Assembly: GCA_021613535.1 (NCBI GenBank)
Contig: CP075496.1
Location: 4,588,001-4,652,000 of the forward strand
Direction of reading: 5' to 3'
Length of the DNA: 64,000 nucleotides
Origin: Adineta vaga
Lineage: Eukaryota; Animalia; Rotifera
The notes under the pieces were generated by a model. The model searched no databases. It was given only the letters and a program-made list of their open reading frames with translations, and was not told the origin of the DNA. The position numbers were made by a program, and so were the translations under genes. The first letter of the stretch is position 1; each line of letters begins with the position of its first letter. Below, piece by piece: positions 25,187-37,338 of this stretch.

Positions 25187-28135
25187 TTAGAATGGTGTCA
25201 TCGATGGTGTAAATGGAGTTGGATGAGGATAACTTCCAACTAAAAAGAGATAAGAGCATATGGTTTTTCTTTTTCATTGAAAAACTTATTAACATACGTC
25301 GAAATTCAGAATTAAGAATAATCGTTTTATAATTTCGTCGACCACGAACTTGTGCAACAAGCTGAATTGCATCGAAAAGACGTGGCATTGTTGGAAAACC
25401 ATAATCCGTTGGATAGAGTAAATGTGTTGAATTTGTTTGCCGCTGATATTCAACAATAAAATCATCATAAGGCATACGACCATCGGATGTACTGAGAAGA
25501 ACAACAACATTATAAGCAAAAAACATTGGTGGAGTTAAACGAACTGATTGATCAATGACCTAAATAAAAAAAATACAATTTTCCATAGTAATTAACAATA
25601 CAATCAATTCAACTGACTTCAACATAGTCACGTAATTCAGTACGACATATATTTAATGTAAGATCTTGTTTAAAACGAACAAGCATATCTTGTTTTAATT
25701 GCCAAAACGATAATTGACATTGTGACAGCATTAATGTTAAAACAACATTTTTTGCTAATTGTATCATCGTTGAATTGGGTTCTTTTACTGAAATCGCAAT
25801 ATCCGATTCGGTGTAATGAAACTAAAAGAATTCGACAAAAAATAGTGATATTACAAAAATTCATTCTGTAATAAACATACTTCGAGTTTATCGGTCATTG
25901 TTAAAAGTAAAGCTTCTAAACTAGTAACACCGAACTCTTCAGGATTAAGTTCATTTCGATAAACTTGTAAATATTGTGCTTGTAAATCTCTTATTTTCAA
26001 TGGTACTTGAGATTTTCGAACTAATTGTTCAATATTTAATAACATTGCACGTGTCGTCATTGTGGCACTTAATTGAACAATTTTTTCACCATTTTTATCT
26101 TCATTAATCTAATTTAATATAGAAAAACGATAAAATTCGATGAAATTATTTTGATCTATTCTTTACTTTGACTACATGTGTCAATTCTTCAAGTAAATCA
26201 ATTAAACGAGAAAAACCATAGGTTTGCACTTTGCATTGATAACCAAAGTGATGACTAAATGAAATGAAGACATGTGAGAATTGAATAGAAAGAAACGAAA
26301 CTCTTTTTCCTACTGATAAGATGGAATAAATTTTTGAAATGGAATACTGAAATCAGGTAAGATTCGAAGCATATCGACAACATCTTTTTCAAAATTACTT
26401 GTCGCATAAATTTCTAATTCTGTTCGTTCTAAATTATCAGACGATTTTTATTAAAAAACTAAAGATATTTTATGATTTCTTTATCAGTAAAATTACCTTT
26501 TCGATAGAGTTTAATAGTACTTTTCCGCTTCGACAACTAATTCCTTATTATCTTTTACTTCATTCACTAAATCCTCTAATGAACACATGCCAAAATCACG
26601 AACGTAAAACAATTTCTTATAGGCCATTTCTAAACAAAAAGATAATCATACAGTTAATAAACTATATGACAGTTTTTCTAATACCATATTCCATGGGAAT
26701 ATCACTAATTGACATTGATCGTTGTGGTTTATTTTTTAATATACGAATAATATCATTAGTAAATCGTTTCATTTGACATCGATGTGTAATTGTTAAGATT
26801 CGTTTATTACCATCTCCAAGAATCTATGAAATGGAAAAGAAAGATTTTTCGTTAGGATCATCAAAAGAAGAACCATAATTTGATTTTACTTGAACAGATT
26901 TTGGAACTGCAGCTAAAAGATCAATAATTTTTGAAAAGCCATAATCAGCCACACGACATTGTCGACTAAAATACTGATGATAAGCCGAAACAAATTTCGA
27001 AACAGGTAAACGACAATGTGAACCTTGATTTTTAAGTAAATCAAGTACTTCACGTGAAAATTGTTGCAAACGTTGTTGAACTTCAGCACACATATCCACA
27101 TGCACTAGACAAAGAAGAAGGACATAGAATCAATCTTATCAAGAGAAAACAAAATTTATATGAATTATTACTGTTGGATGTATCAAATGGTGTTGGCATG
27201 AATGGAACACCTTGTGTATGAGAAAATTGAACTTTTTTAATTACACCTTGTCCTGTAACAATTTGAATATCTTTTATGCCTATCAATTACAATGAGAAAT
27301 TAGCTGTTTGTATAGAACAAATTATTTACATAGAAATTAAATAAACTTACATGAAATGTAATGTTCAAGGGGTACACCTTCATTATGATCGATTAAAGGT
27401 TCAAAACTATACGCATAACATTGCGGAAAACTAAAAATGAAGAAGATTATTTATGTAGGATATGTCTTCAAGTAATTTGCGGTAGTTTATTACCTCGCCA
27501 AAGGCATTGAACCATTATGTTGGGTCATTAATTGACGAACATTCTCAACAAAGATACTGAATGGAATTTTAACAAACGGTAAATCCAGATCAGGATTAAC
27601 AATAAAATTCTTTGAACAATGTGTAATACAATAAGGTTGTTCAAGTTGACTCTAAGAAAATTAATAAAGAAATTTTAAATGAAGACGTTTGTATAGAATA
27701 CAATGGACATACATGAACATGATTTTCATCGAAACGAACACGAAATGCTGGTAATAAACGAGCAACTCGATTACCTCCATAATCTTGGATGTCAATAACA
27801 TGCTTCATTGTATATATTTCATTAACATGAAGAGGTTTTTGAAATCTATTTGAAATAAATTCGTGTTATATGAATGTTTTTTTTCGATCGTCAGACAAAA
27901 TACTAACCGACTTTGATATTGTTGAATAAGTGTAACAAGTACACAAGTACAATCTGGATGTTCTTTAAGTAGAAGAGCAATTTCTAATGCTCGTCTAAAA
28001 CAATTCATATGAAGATAAAGAAGAATATTGAAAAAATTCGATAATTTACTCCGCCGAATCGGTAGAAGGTAATGGTGGAGAAGGTGTATCACATGCAGAT
28101 GAAATCAATGTAGATGCACCACATGATCGTTTCAT
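25187..28135 (-). CDS. MARF1: MARF1/limkain-b1-like protein made of multiple LOTUS (OST-HTH) domains; no NYN nuclease or RRM visible
   Basis: Exons encode [14 protein letters not shown]...[21 protein letters not shown]...[62 protein letters not shown] and [19 protein letters not shown], which match MARF1 LOTUS repeats. The uninterrupted frame starts at ATG 28135; the upstream coding-like region to about 28700 is disrupted. Confidence 0.8.
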
Positions 28136-29202
28136 TGATTATGATGATGATGATGATGATACTCGATTGTATAGATCAGGTGTAAGGGAATGGACTGGTG
28201 TAGAAAAATCCAATTTTGGTAATGGTGGTCGTACCTGTTGATTACCGACGATTGATCGACCAACTGAATATCAAAAAAGATAAATTGCAACAATGAAAAC
28301 AAATACAAGATAGATAGGCTTGTTTTACCATATGATCGATTGCTAACATCAGAGAGAGGACGTTTTGAAGCACTACTCGCTGGAGAATGTGGTCCAAGTT
28401 CATTCATTACAGATCGTGGAGTATAGAACATGTGATTCAGGCATTAAAGCATGATCCCATCGAGATGGACTCGGTGTCCACCAACTGGATGTGAAACTTG
28501 GTTCAATATAGTTATTATCACTAAGCAAATTGAATACAGTTTGCTTTTCAAAATCTGGTCCAATACACCAAAGTTCACTTAAATCGATTTCACCTTTGGT
28601 ACTTTTCGATTGCTGCTGTAAATAATCATGTGACCTATATAATAATGTACATATAGATATATATGAATTTTAATTGAAATTTTAATTTATAAACAAACAT
28701 TAGAAAGGACATTGTTTGATATATGTTGTTGTAAACAGATAGGAAACAAGTCGACGACAAATAATATGTGTACGAATTATCTGTTCTCCAGCCTTCTTAT
28801 ACTGACACAAATAATGGCCGACGATGGCAGATAGACAGAGAAAGAGAGAGAGAGAGAACGATCGAGATCGACTACTGATGAACATCTGTTCGTTGTTTTT
28901 GTCTGTTTGGACGAAAATACCTCGAGATATTCGTACGAAAGAGTATAGATGATGAAGATGATGATATGAAAGCATTCACCGATTGTTATCATGGTACATT
29001 GTACTACGAGATTTCTGGTCGAAACAAAGTTTGTCTTTGATAGATATACATGTTTAATATGTCCTTTCTTTGTTTCAGTAGTTAATAAAAAGAAAATAAA
29101 TGATGATGAAAATATTATTTTTCACGTTTTATTGTTTCTTTAAAGTTTACAAAAAAAAGTATAGCTAATGTTTTTTTTCTCTTTTGAAGAAATAAATAGA
29201 TA

Positions 29203-30723
29203 TCAGGTATAATTTGGATAGTAATTTGGACTTTCCAGACCACCATCACTTCGCGAATCAGTATCGTTAGAATTATTTAGCTGATGTGTACTAGACACAT
29301 CATGACGTTTTTTACTTAATTTACGTTCTTTTGCACGACGATTTTGAAACCAAATTTTAATCTGAATTCAAAAGAAAAAAAGATTTAATGGACGATTAGA
29401 TTACTAGTAATAGAAATAATTTGATCTTACTTGTCGTTCACTTAATGATAATGCTAATGATAAAGCGGATTTACGTGGTATAGAAATATATTTTGATAAA
29501 ACAAATTCATTTTCTAATTCATATCGTTGTTGTTCAGTATACACAATACGATATTTATCACGTGTGCGCGTTTTACCTAAAGAAAAGTCTGTAAATTTGG
29601 TTATTTCGTTTTTTTTCATTAAACAAAAAGAAACATTTTCTAACAACAAGAATTGTAACTTTAAGATTAATCTTATCTTGTCTCGAACTTCAAAATGCAT
29701 ATGTATATCAACAATTGAAAGTCATAAAAGAATCTACATGTATTTCGGCACTATTTTATGGCACTCGACATTCTTTTTTTCTTACAAAAATCAATCAAAC
29801 AGACTGACTTATTAAGTACATTATTGTTAACCATGATGTGTTTACACTCATTTCATATTGAAGTGTAACACCCATGTGGAAGCGCATGTTTCAATCGAAT
29901 GCCCTTTTACATTTTCATCTTATTCTTCTTTAGTTTTAAAGGTCAATTGATTACCGTTCATTGGATTTCTTGGTGGAACAGGTTTGCAATGAGTTGGAGA
30001 GGATTGATTTTTAAGCCAAGTTGATTGCTGTGGAGAATGGGAGAGTTCTTCTTTGGATAATTGTTCTTGACAATGATTTAAACTATCCGATGATTCAATA
30101 TACGATGGTGGAGGACTATACGGTGACTCAAATTTCAATGTCGAAGATGGTAACCATTGAGATTGTGATGGATCATAAAAGTGATTCGGAGGATAAAATG
30201 AACATGGAGTAGAATAATGACGATATGATGGTGGAGTTGTTGTTGTTGTGGTAGAATGTAGTGCTTGATAATCGCCTGAACCAAGCCATGCAGATGAATC
30301 ATTATATGTTGTTGTTGTGGGCGGCGGTGGTGGTGGTGGTGATGGTGATGTGGATGATTGTGGATATAGATATTGATGAATATGATGGTAGTGTTGTGTG
30401 GTAGAAATTGGTGCTGATAAATTATTTTGGGGTAAATGTACCGATGAAACAGATGCAAGTGTACCAATTGTTTGGTTTGATGATAGTGAAGGTGATATTT
30501 GATCGAGAAGTGGATTTGATGGATTGGCTAGAATGTTATGTGTAGGAATAGTTGACCAATAGGGATATTCGAATGCTTCTGATTTTGATGTTGATAATGG
30601 ATATTCAGAATATGTCATTGGATGAGAAGAATAGCTATGATAAGGTGAATCAAATGTACGTAAAGATTCTCCAGTCTCATGATTTGCAGATATTATTGGT
30701 GTATATGGAGTGTTAGTGTTCAT
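29203..30723 (-). CDS. Cdx: Caudal-type ParaHox homeobox transcription factor, 3 exons
   Basis: Pro/Ser/His-rich exon 1 with a hexapeptide-like STWLK, then [25 protein letters not shown]...LSLSERQ|[14 protein letters not shown], which is diagnostic of Cdx. Confidence 0.93.
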
Positions 30724-31904
30724 TTTCTAAATGAACAAAATGAAAGAATTTATTAAAAGTTTCGTTTGTTTCTGTCATTTGACACAATTTAAAAGAGAAA
30801 CAAATCAATAAATCTTGACTTACTTGTTTAATGATTCGAAAGTGCTGAAAATGACGCAATAAATGTCAATGATAATTTTACGGATAATCAATCGATCAGG
30901 ATGTGTGATGATTGTTATAGTAATAAAATTAGAACTTTTCAATAGGGCGATTTCTTCTGTGATGACTTTAATCACATGGTATAATCATAAAAAATTCGAA
31001 ACTGTTTTTCTTCAATGGAAAGGAAAATGATGTTGTTGATGACGACGATAGTTTGTATGTCTAGCAAAGAAATAGATTCGTGTATAACTGCACTTTTTCT
31101 TCTCGTTTTATGACTTCACTTTGCGATAAATCGACAAGTAGGGAAGCGAGAGGTAGAGAACGAGAGAGAGAGAAAAAAAAGACACGAAAAAAGGGATGCA
31201 AATTCTTATTGGTGAAGAAAGAAAACGAGTTAAGTTATTGGTTATCGTCAACGAGTCGAAAGTATTTCGTTGTTAGAGTTGTGATTCATTATAGCTTCTC
31301 TCTCACTAAAATAGGATTTGCATAGAAGAATTCTATTGTGAGAAAAATTCTGTATGAAGATTCAAATCTATTGAATCATTTAAGGTGAGGAAAACATTAT
31401 CTTCATTTTCTTTCGTTTTCAAGTGGATTTATGTTGATTATTTTGTTGGATCTTCAATGACGATATACTCGAAAAGATAAGCTTACTTTTAATTACATAG
31501 TCATTCCTTGTTTTAGTCGGTTTTTACCTTCTGTCTCTTTTATTATTCATTTAATCATATTCACTTTCTTTTTCTTTTATCAAAAGCAAACAAATAAAAA
31601 CCAATCTGCTTCAGAATCATCTCATAATCTCATTACAACATAACATATGTCTTCTTCGAATTCGTATACGTATGGATAGAAACAAGACGATTCATTGATT
31701 GATTGAAATTGCTGATAGCTTGAGCTTGTTGGCACTTCCCTGTTGCTTAGTTTGACTTCTCCATCTTATTTCTTTTTGTCTCTCTCTCTCGTGATCACAC
31801 CTTAGTGTGACCAATCACATGATGAACTGATTTAGTATTCATTCTAATTGATTCAATGTTTCGTCTCAATTGCCATGTGATTGAATTGAAAAAGTCAACT
31901 TGTG

Positions 31905-32972
31905 CATAAAATTGATATAAACTAGTGAGATCTTAATGGAGTCAAAGTAAATATCGTTGTCTTAAATGTCATTTTTAGGAAATGATATGAATAAATAGAT
32001 ATAGAAGTAGAAGTTTTTTCTATCATACTAATATGTTTCACACATGGACTTAGAAGAAATATCATAAATATAACAGTATGAAAATAAAACATAGAAGAGA
32101 ATGTTCAAGATGAAAATTGCATTACACATTTTAACGATTTGATATGTGTTTGAACTGTAAGTTTTATGAGAATTAGTTTTTCTCTTTATTATTTAAAGAA
32201 GTTTTCATTCTATGTACGAAAAAGACTATTTTTCGGAAATCAAATAAGAACTAAGGAAGCATTCAGAGTTCCTAAATTATAGATAGTTCGTATTTGAGTA
32301 GATTTATAATTTTTTTTAACATATGAAATAATGTTATATAAATATTTTTAAATTAGTCTTCATCACTTGCATCAGGAGACTTTAATAGTCGATGTACGGT
32401 TCGGATTTTCGCATATTTGATACCAAGGAGAAAAACTATTAATAGACCAATGAAAAAGTCAACTAGTTAAAAGAAAAGCATTGATGTTTAATGGAATTCA
32501 TGGAGTATTTCCATCGGTCGACATGTTAGTGCACTGGCTAATTGATTAAATATGCATGAGACGACAAGAAACATAAACGTACATTATCTGCGCCAGTCAA
32601 AGAAGTGTCGCATTTGCGACAATCAGAAAAGGTGTGAATACGTGTACAAATTTGTAACTGCTAAAGCTGTCGATAGGAATTGTTAGTGAAAATGACAGTG
32701 GGAACAATGAACATCATTCTGTAAATAAATAGTAAAAGCAAGTATTTATCCATGATTTGAAATTTTAACGAAAAATACTTACTAGTATATGCTCTATTAC
32801 CTTAAAATCAACGTTAAATAAATTCATGGTATATTATTTCTTTTTTTATATTTTATTTGAAAAGTAAAATTTCCACGTATGATAGAATTGATACAAACCA
32901 TTGGCATCTCAATGGAATCGTTGTCTCAAATGACATTTTTAGGAAATAATATGAATAAATAGAAATAGAAGT
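31905..32972. repeat. Pair of imperfect direct repeats of about 90-100 bp (about 31905-32008 and 32881-32972)
   Basis: Both copies share atcgttgtct(t/c)aaatg(t/a)catttttaggaaat(g/a)atatgaataaataga(t/a)atagaagt, plus the upstream aattgata(t/c)aaac...tc(t)(t/c)aatgga block. Confidence 0.75.
32353..32753 (-). pseudogene. Possible decayed gene for a small single-pass membrane protein
   Basis: MDKYLLLLFIYRMMFIVP (signal-like), a Cys-containing segment, a possible GT-AG intron, then LVDFFIGLLIVFLLGIKYAKIR...DASDED*; interrupted by several stops. Confidence 0.3.
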
Positions 32973-33420
32973 TTATTTTATATTTGTCTTACCAAGATAC
33001 TAAATATACACGTACAAAAAAAGAAAGAAAGACGAGGAACGGAAAAAGAGATCACATGCAGAAAAGTATGTAAATAGAGATTATGAAATGAGAATACAGG
33101 TATGTGTGGAATAAACCACCGGTTTGAATGTAGAAGAAAAATAATAAATGCATACAACGTGTATGTTATCAAACTACTGAGATTCTTTTAAATATTAAAC
33201 CAAACATTGGTTCATGCAACAAAAAAGAATCAGCATTAAGCACCGAAACATAGCCATGCGAGAATGAAAGAGAAAAATATCACTAACTGTGTATGTATTT
33301 TTTTTTGTTTTTCTAATCTTTTATACTGTTAGTTTTAAATAATTTACGAAAAAATGTTTTAGCTTGTAATTTTGAGTTTTGTAACTGTGAAATAAGTTCG
33401 TCGAATGTGTCTGAATGGAA

Positions 33421-35055
33421 TTAAAATAATATAGAATCAGGTATCATGTTTTTTGATGGATCAAATGATTGAGGAGTCATACCTATTTCAGGAGAAAAAG
33501 GATAATAAACAGAAGCCAAATGATCAATTTGGTCGTCGGATAAAACATGAAGTGAACCAGTTCTATCATCACCATCATCAGTCATTTGAGATGAAAAACT
33601 GGATACTCGATCACGCATTTCTTCGAAGAATGTTTTTGATTCTTCTTTCGAACTATTAACCAAACTGGAATAAGTTGATTGTTTTGAGGAAAGAAGGAAT
33701 TGATCATTAAAATCACTCGTTCGTTTAATTGGTTCAATAACTTCAGGTGAAAATTGATTATTTGTTTTACTAAAAACTCCAGCTGGCAAACTTTCTGTAC
33801 GAAGTAAACATGACATAAGTAATGTATCTGATGAATTTTTCTGTTGAGATTGTTTGAGATTGTCGATAGCAACAGGTTCTGGTACAATTGATTTCTACAA
33901 GTAATTAAACAAAGTCTCTTGATATTTCTCTTTATAAAACAAAACTAGGAATATTATACTATTTCTGGAATGATGACTTGTTCTTGAACAACATCGGATA
34001 GTGATTTTCCATGTTTACGTTGTTCATGGATTTCATTACTAATACGTTCAAGATTTTTTAGTGATTGTTGATATTGCATTTTGGCTTCGTTAACACAATT
34101 TTCCAAACCAAATACTTTACGTTTATGAAACTAGAAATCAATGATCGATCAGATGATATTAATATTCATTTTTCTTACTTCTAATTCTTTATTAAATTCG
34201 ACTTTCTTCTCGTAGTACGGTCTATAACAAATAAATAAATCATTCAAATATATAAGAAAAATCAAAAGAATATCCGTACTTCGATTTATTGATTGATTTT
34301 CGTGAATCTTTTTCTAATTTTTCTACTAACATTTCAATTTCAAAATAAACTCTTTCTGCACGTTGTTGATCAAAATCAGCCAAATATTTTTCTTTTTCAG
34401 CATCTCCAGCCTACAAATAAATTATTCTTACTCAATTACCAAAGTAAATCCATAAACGAACTTTTTCTACAGCTTGACGATAAGTTTCACTCCATGCAAT
34501 TGCATTTTCACTAGATATTCCTGCTTCATCAGCATGATCTGCCTACAGAAAACAAAACTATCTTCATGAAAATTAACAAAATCTATTATTACTGAAATAA
34601 TAGCTAATTCTTTTGCAGCGACATGTAATGCTTGAGCACGTTCAAATCGATGTTTTGCTTTCGTTAATACTTCTTTAGCTTCTCGTAGTTTAATTCGAGC
34701 TTCATAATAACTTCGTGATTTAATAACAGCAGAACCAATACTTTTTTCAAGTTGAGCTAATTCTTCATGTGATATTTCCAAAAGTTCTTGCAATGTTTTT
34801 CGAGCTTCCTACATAAAGAAATGAAAAATTTTTTCTCTTTGTTCAATAAATTACATCAAGTTGTAATTCTAAATGATTGATTGCTTCATTCGCATAATTT
34901 AATCGATCGAGTTCAATCTATAGAATAATAAATATGATTAGGAGAGAGAGATATTATTCAAAAGAACAGACTTGAATTCGAGGATCGAGTTCGTCATCAA
35001 CTGATGGACTTGATAAAGCAGATGATTGAGTTTGATTATCTAATGAATTCTCCAT
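33421..35055 (-). CDS. SH3BP5: SH3 domain-binding protein 5 family (Rab11 GEF; SH3BP5/parcas)
   Basis: DDELDPRIQ|IELDRLNYANEAINHLELQLD|EARK...IGSAVIKSRSYYEAR...FERAQALHVAAKE...SINKSRPYYEKK...YQQSLKNLERISNEIHEQR. Confidence 0.92.
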
Positions 35056-35155
35056 GCATAATCTAGAAGAAGAAAAAAACGAAAATGAATTTTATTTCAT
35101 ATTATTCTCATATTACAAAATATTTAACAAATAAACAAACAGAAAAAGAGAGATA

Positions 35156-36964
35156 TTAAGAATTAATCTTTTCGATTAAATGATCCATTTGTTCAGTGAA
35201 ATTATCATCATCATTATTTGCAAAAATAAATGACCATTGTACATTTGTATCTAACTGACATTCGGATTCTATCGTATCAACAGTCCAACCTCGTTGTTGT
35301 CGGACATTATCTGATGCATTGATACAGACAAGTAATAAACGATCATGAAAAACTTGTTGAAAAAATTCAATTTCTTTCGTAAATTGAATACCATTGATAA
35401 TCCATAATGGATTTGATGAACATAATTGATCTTTTTCTTCTAACATCTTTTGACATAAGAATGTTGGATCTTCACAGTATTTATCTTTTCTCCATCTAAA
35501 ATAATAATTATAAATTTCTTTTCATTTAAAAAACAAATCAATGGACATACTTTGTTATAGTTGCTTGGGCAACATCTGTACAATTATGTGTTTTTTCATA
35601 TTCATGTTTTAGAGTTTCATTGATATTTAAGAAAAGAGCAGGAAGTTTTTCAGCCAATTTTGTTCCGATATAAGTTTTACCTGATTTATCTTTACCCGAA
35701 AGCATAATGACCTTTTTCACGTGAGAGTATTTCTCTGAATCATTTGTATCAGATCTAAATTTTTGGTATTTCAGATAAAAAAATCAATAGAAAGAAGTCG
35801 AGATTTAGTAGATTACTTATTTTCAAAATCTAAATTGAGCTTTCCTAGAATAAACTTCATAACACGATCACATCGTTCATGAATAACTAAAGTTGCTATT
35901 GAATCCATAGATGTTTTCTGTAGATTAACAATGACTACTTTTCCACCATTTTTCTTTGTTTTTCGTGGTAGATCTCGACAAGGACGAATTTGTAACGATG
36001 TTCCTAGACATAAACATAGATCTGCTTTTCTAAAAAGAAAAAGTAAAGATAAAATAAAAATTTTATTTTGTTTTCAGACATCTACATTTCATATAACTTA
36101 CGCACAATGTTCTTCAGATAGTTTAAGTGCTGGTTCCGGTAAAGCATCTTCCCAATCCAGAACAGTATCGCGTAGTTTTCCGCGACATGATAAATTCTTA
36201 TTGCGTCCTTTCATAGAGTTACAAATATTACCAGTTCGTTTACGACAATAAGAACCAACACTCGTAGGACGAATAATCTATAATAGATATTTTCATTAAG
36301 AAAAAGTAGGATAGTAATCAGTGAAACTCGATTTAAATCTTTCTGAATGAGAAGAGCATACAAATAGTCCATGAGTTTCGGTAAACAATGCATTTCGTTT
36401 TCAAACAAACCTGTGTATGACAAACTTCACATTCTTCTGAAAAAACATTTCCATGTAATTCTGCCAATTTATCTAGCGGTAAACCAGATCGATGATGAAG
36501 TCCATCAATATTCTGAGTGATAACATAATGTAAATAATTGCTTTCTTCTAATCGACATAAGGCTCGATGTGTATAAGTTGGTGTTGCTTTCTCGAAGCTA
36601 GTATTGAATGTAGGTTTTTCACCACGTTTTTCCAATGTCCAAACACCTAAAGAATAAGTTTTAATGACGAAATATATATATTTTACAGATGAATCAAAGA
36701 TTATAACCATTAGGTCCTCGAAAATCTGGAATACCGGCATCAGTTGATATTCCAGCTCCAGTAATAACAACGGTATGATGACTTTGACGAATCATTTGTT
36801 CTAATTGATTTAATTTCGCTATATAAATGAATAATTAATTTAAGAATATAAACATTAGAATTAATTTTACTTTCTAAATCATCAGTTTTTTCAGTTAGTT
36901 CAGGCATACCAACTTTACCTTTGTGAGGAAAATATGAGAGACTTTCGGCATAGGATAAACTCAT
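35156..36964 (-). CDS. SIRT6: NAD-dependent deacylase sirtuin-6 fused in frame to a C-terminal phosphomevalonate-kinase-like domain (about 450-460 aa, 7 exons)
   Basis: Sirtuin part: [61 protein letters not shown], four Zn Cys, [27 protein letters not shown] 62-nt intron (35816-35755) links it to [28 protein letters not shown]...EDPTFLCQK...RQQRGW...ESECQLD (animal PMVK-like). Stop at 35156. Confidence 0.88.
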
Positions 36965-37338
36965 TTTTCGATCACGTTTTGCAATTAAGTCAAATGAATG
37001 AACGACGAACGAACAGAGCGTGTCATTTCTAAATGGTCCAAAAATAAGTATCATTACAAACATTATAGACAGGTGTCGCTCGCAACAAGAGTATCATTGC
37101 CAAAATCGAATATATATATATATATCGATACAAATAAAACATTTAGATAATGATTGCATGGTTTTCAATAGTGTGCAAATGTACTATCCGTTGATATATG
37201 GAAATTTATACGAAGCAGTTTTCAATAAAATTATTTATGTTAAGAAATAAATGTCAAGAAAATTGTACAAGCAAGAAAAAACAAACAAACAAAGTGCACA
37301 ATGCTTAAGAAGAAGAAAAAACAGTTTTTTCTTTTCAA

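Noticed and set aside
12639-35754. Isoprenoid-pathway gene cluster (PDSS1 plus PMVK-like)
   Set aside because: 20 kb apart with unrelated genes between them, and the PMVK domain appears catalytically degenerate; probably coincidence.
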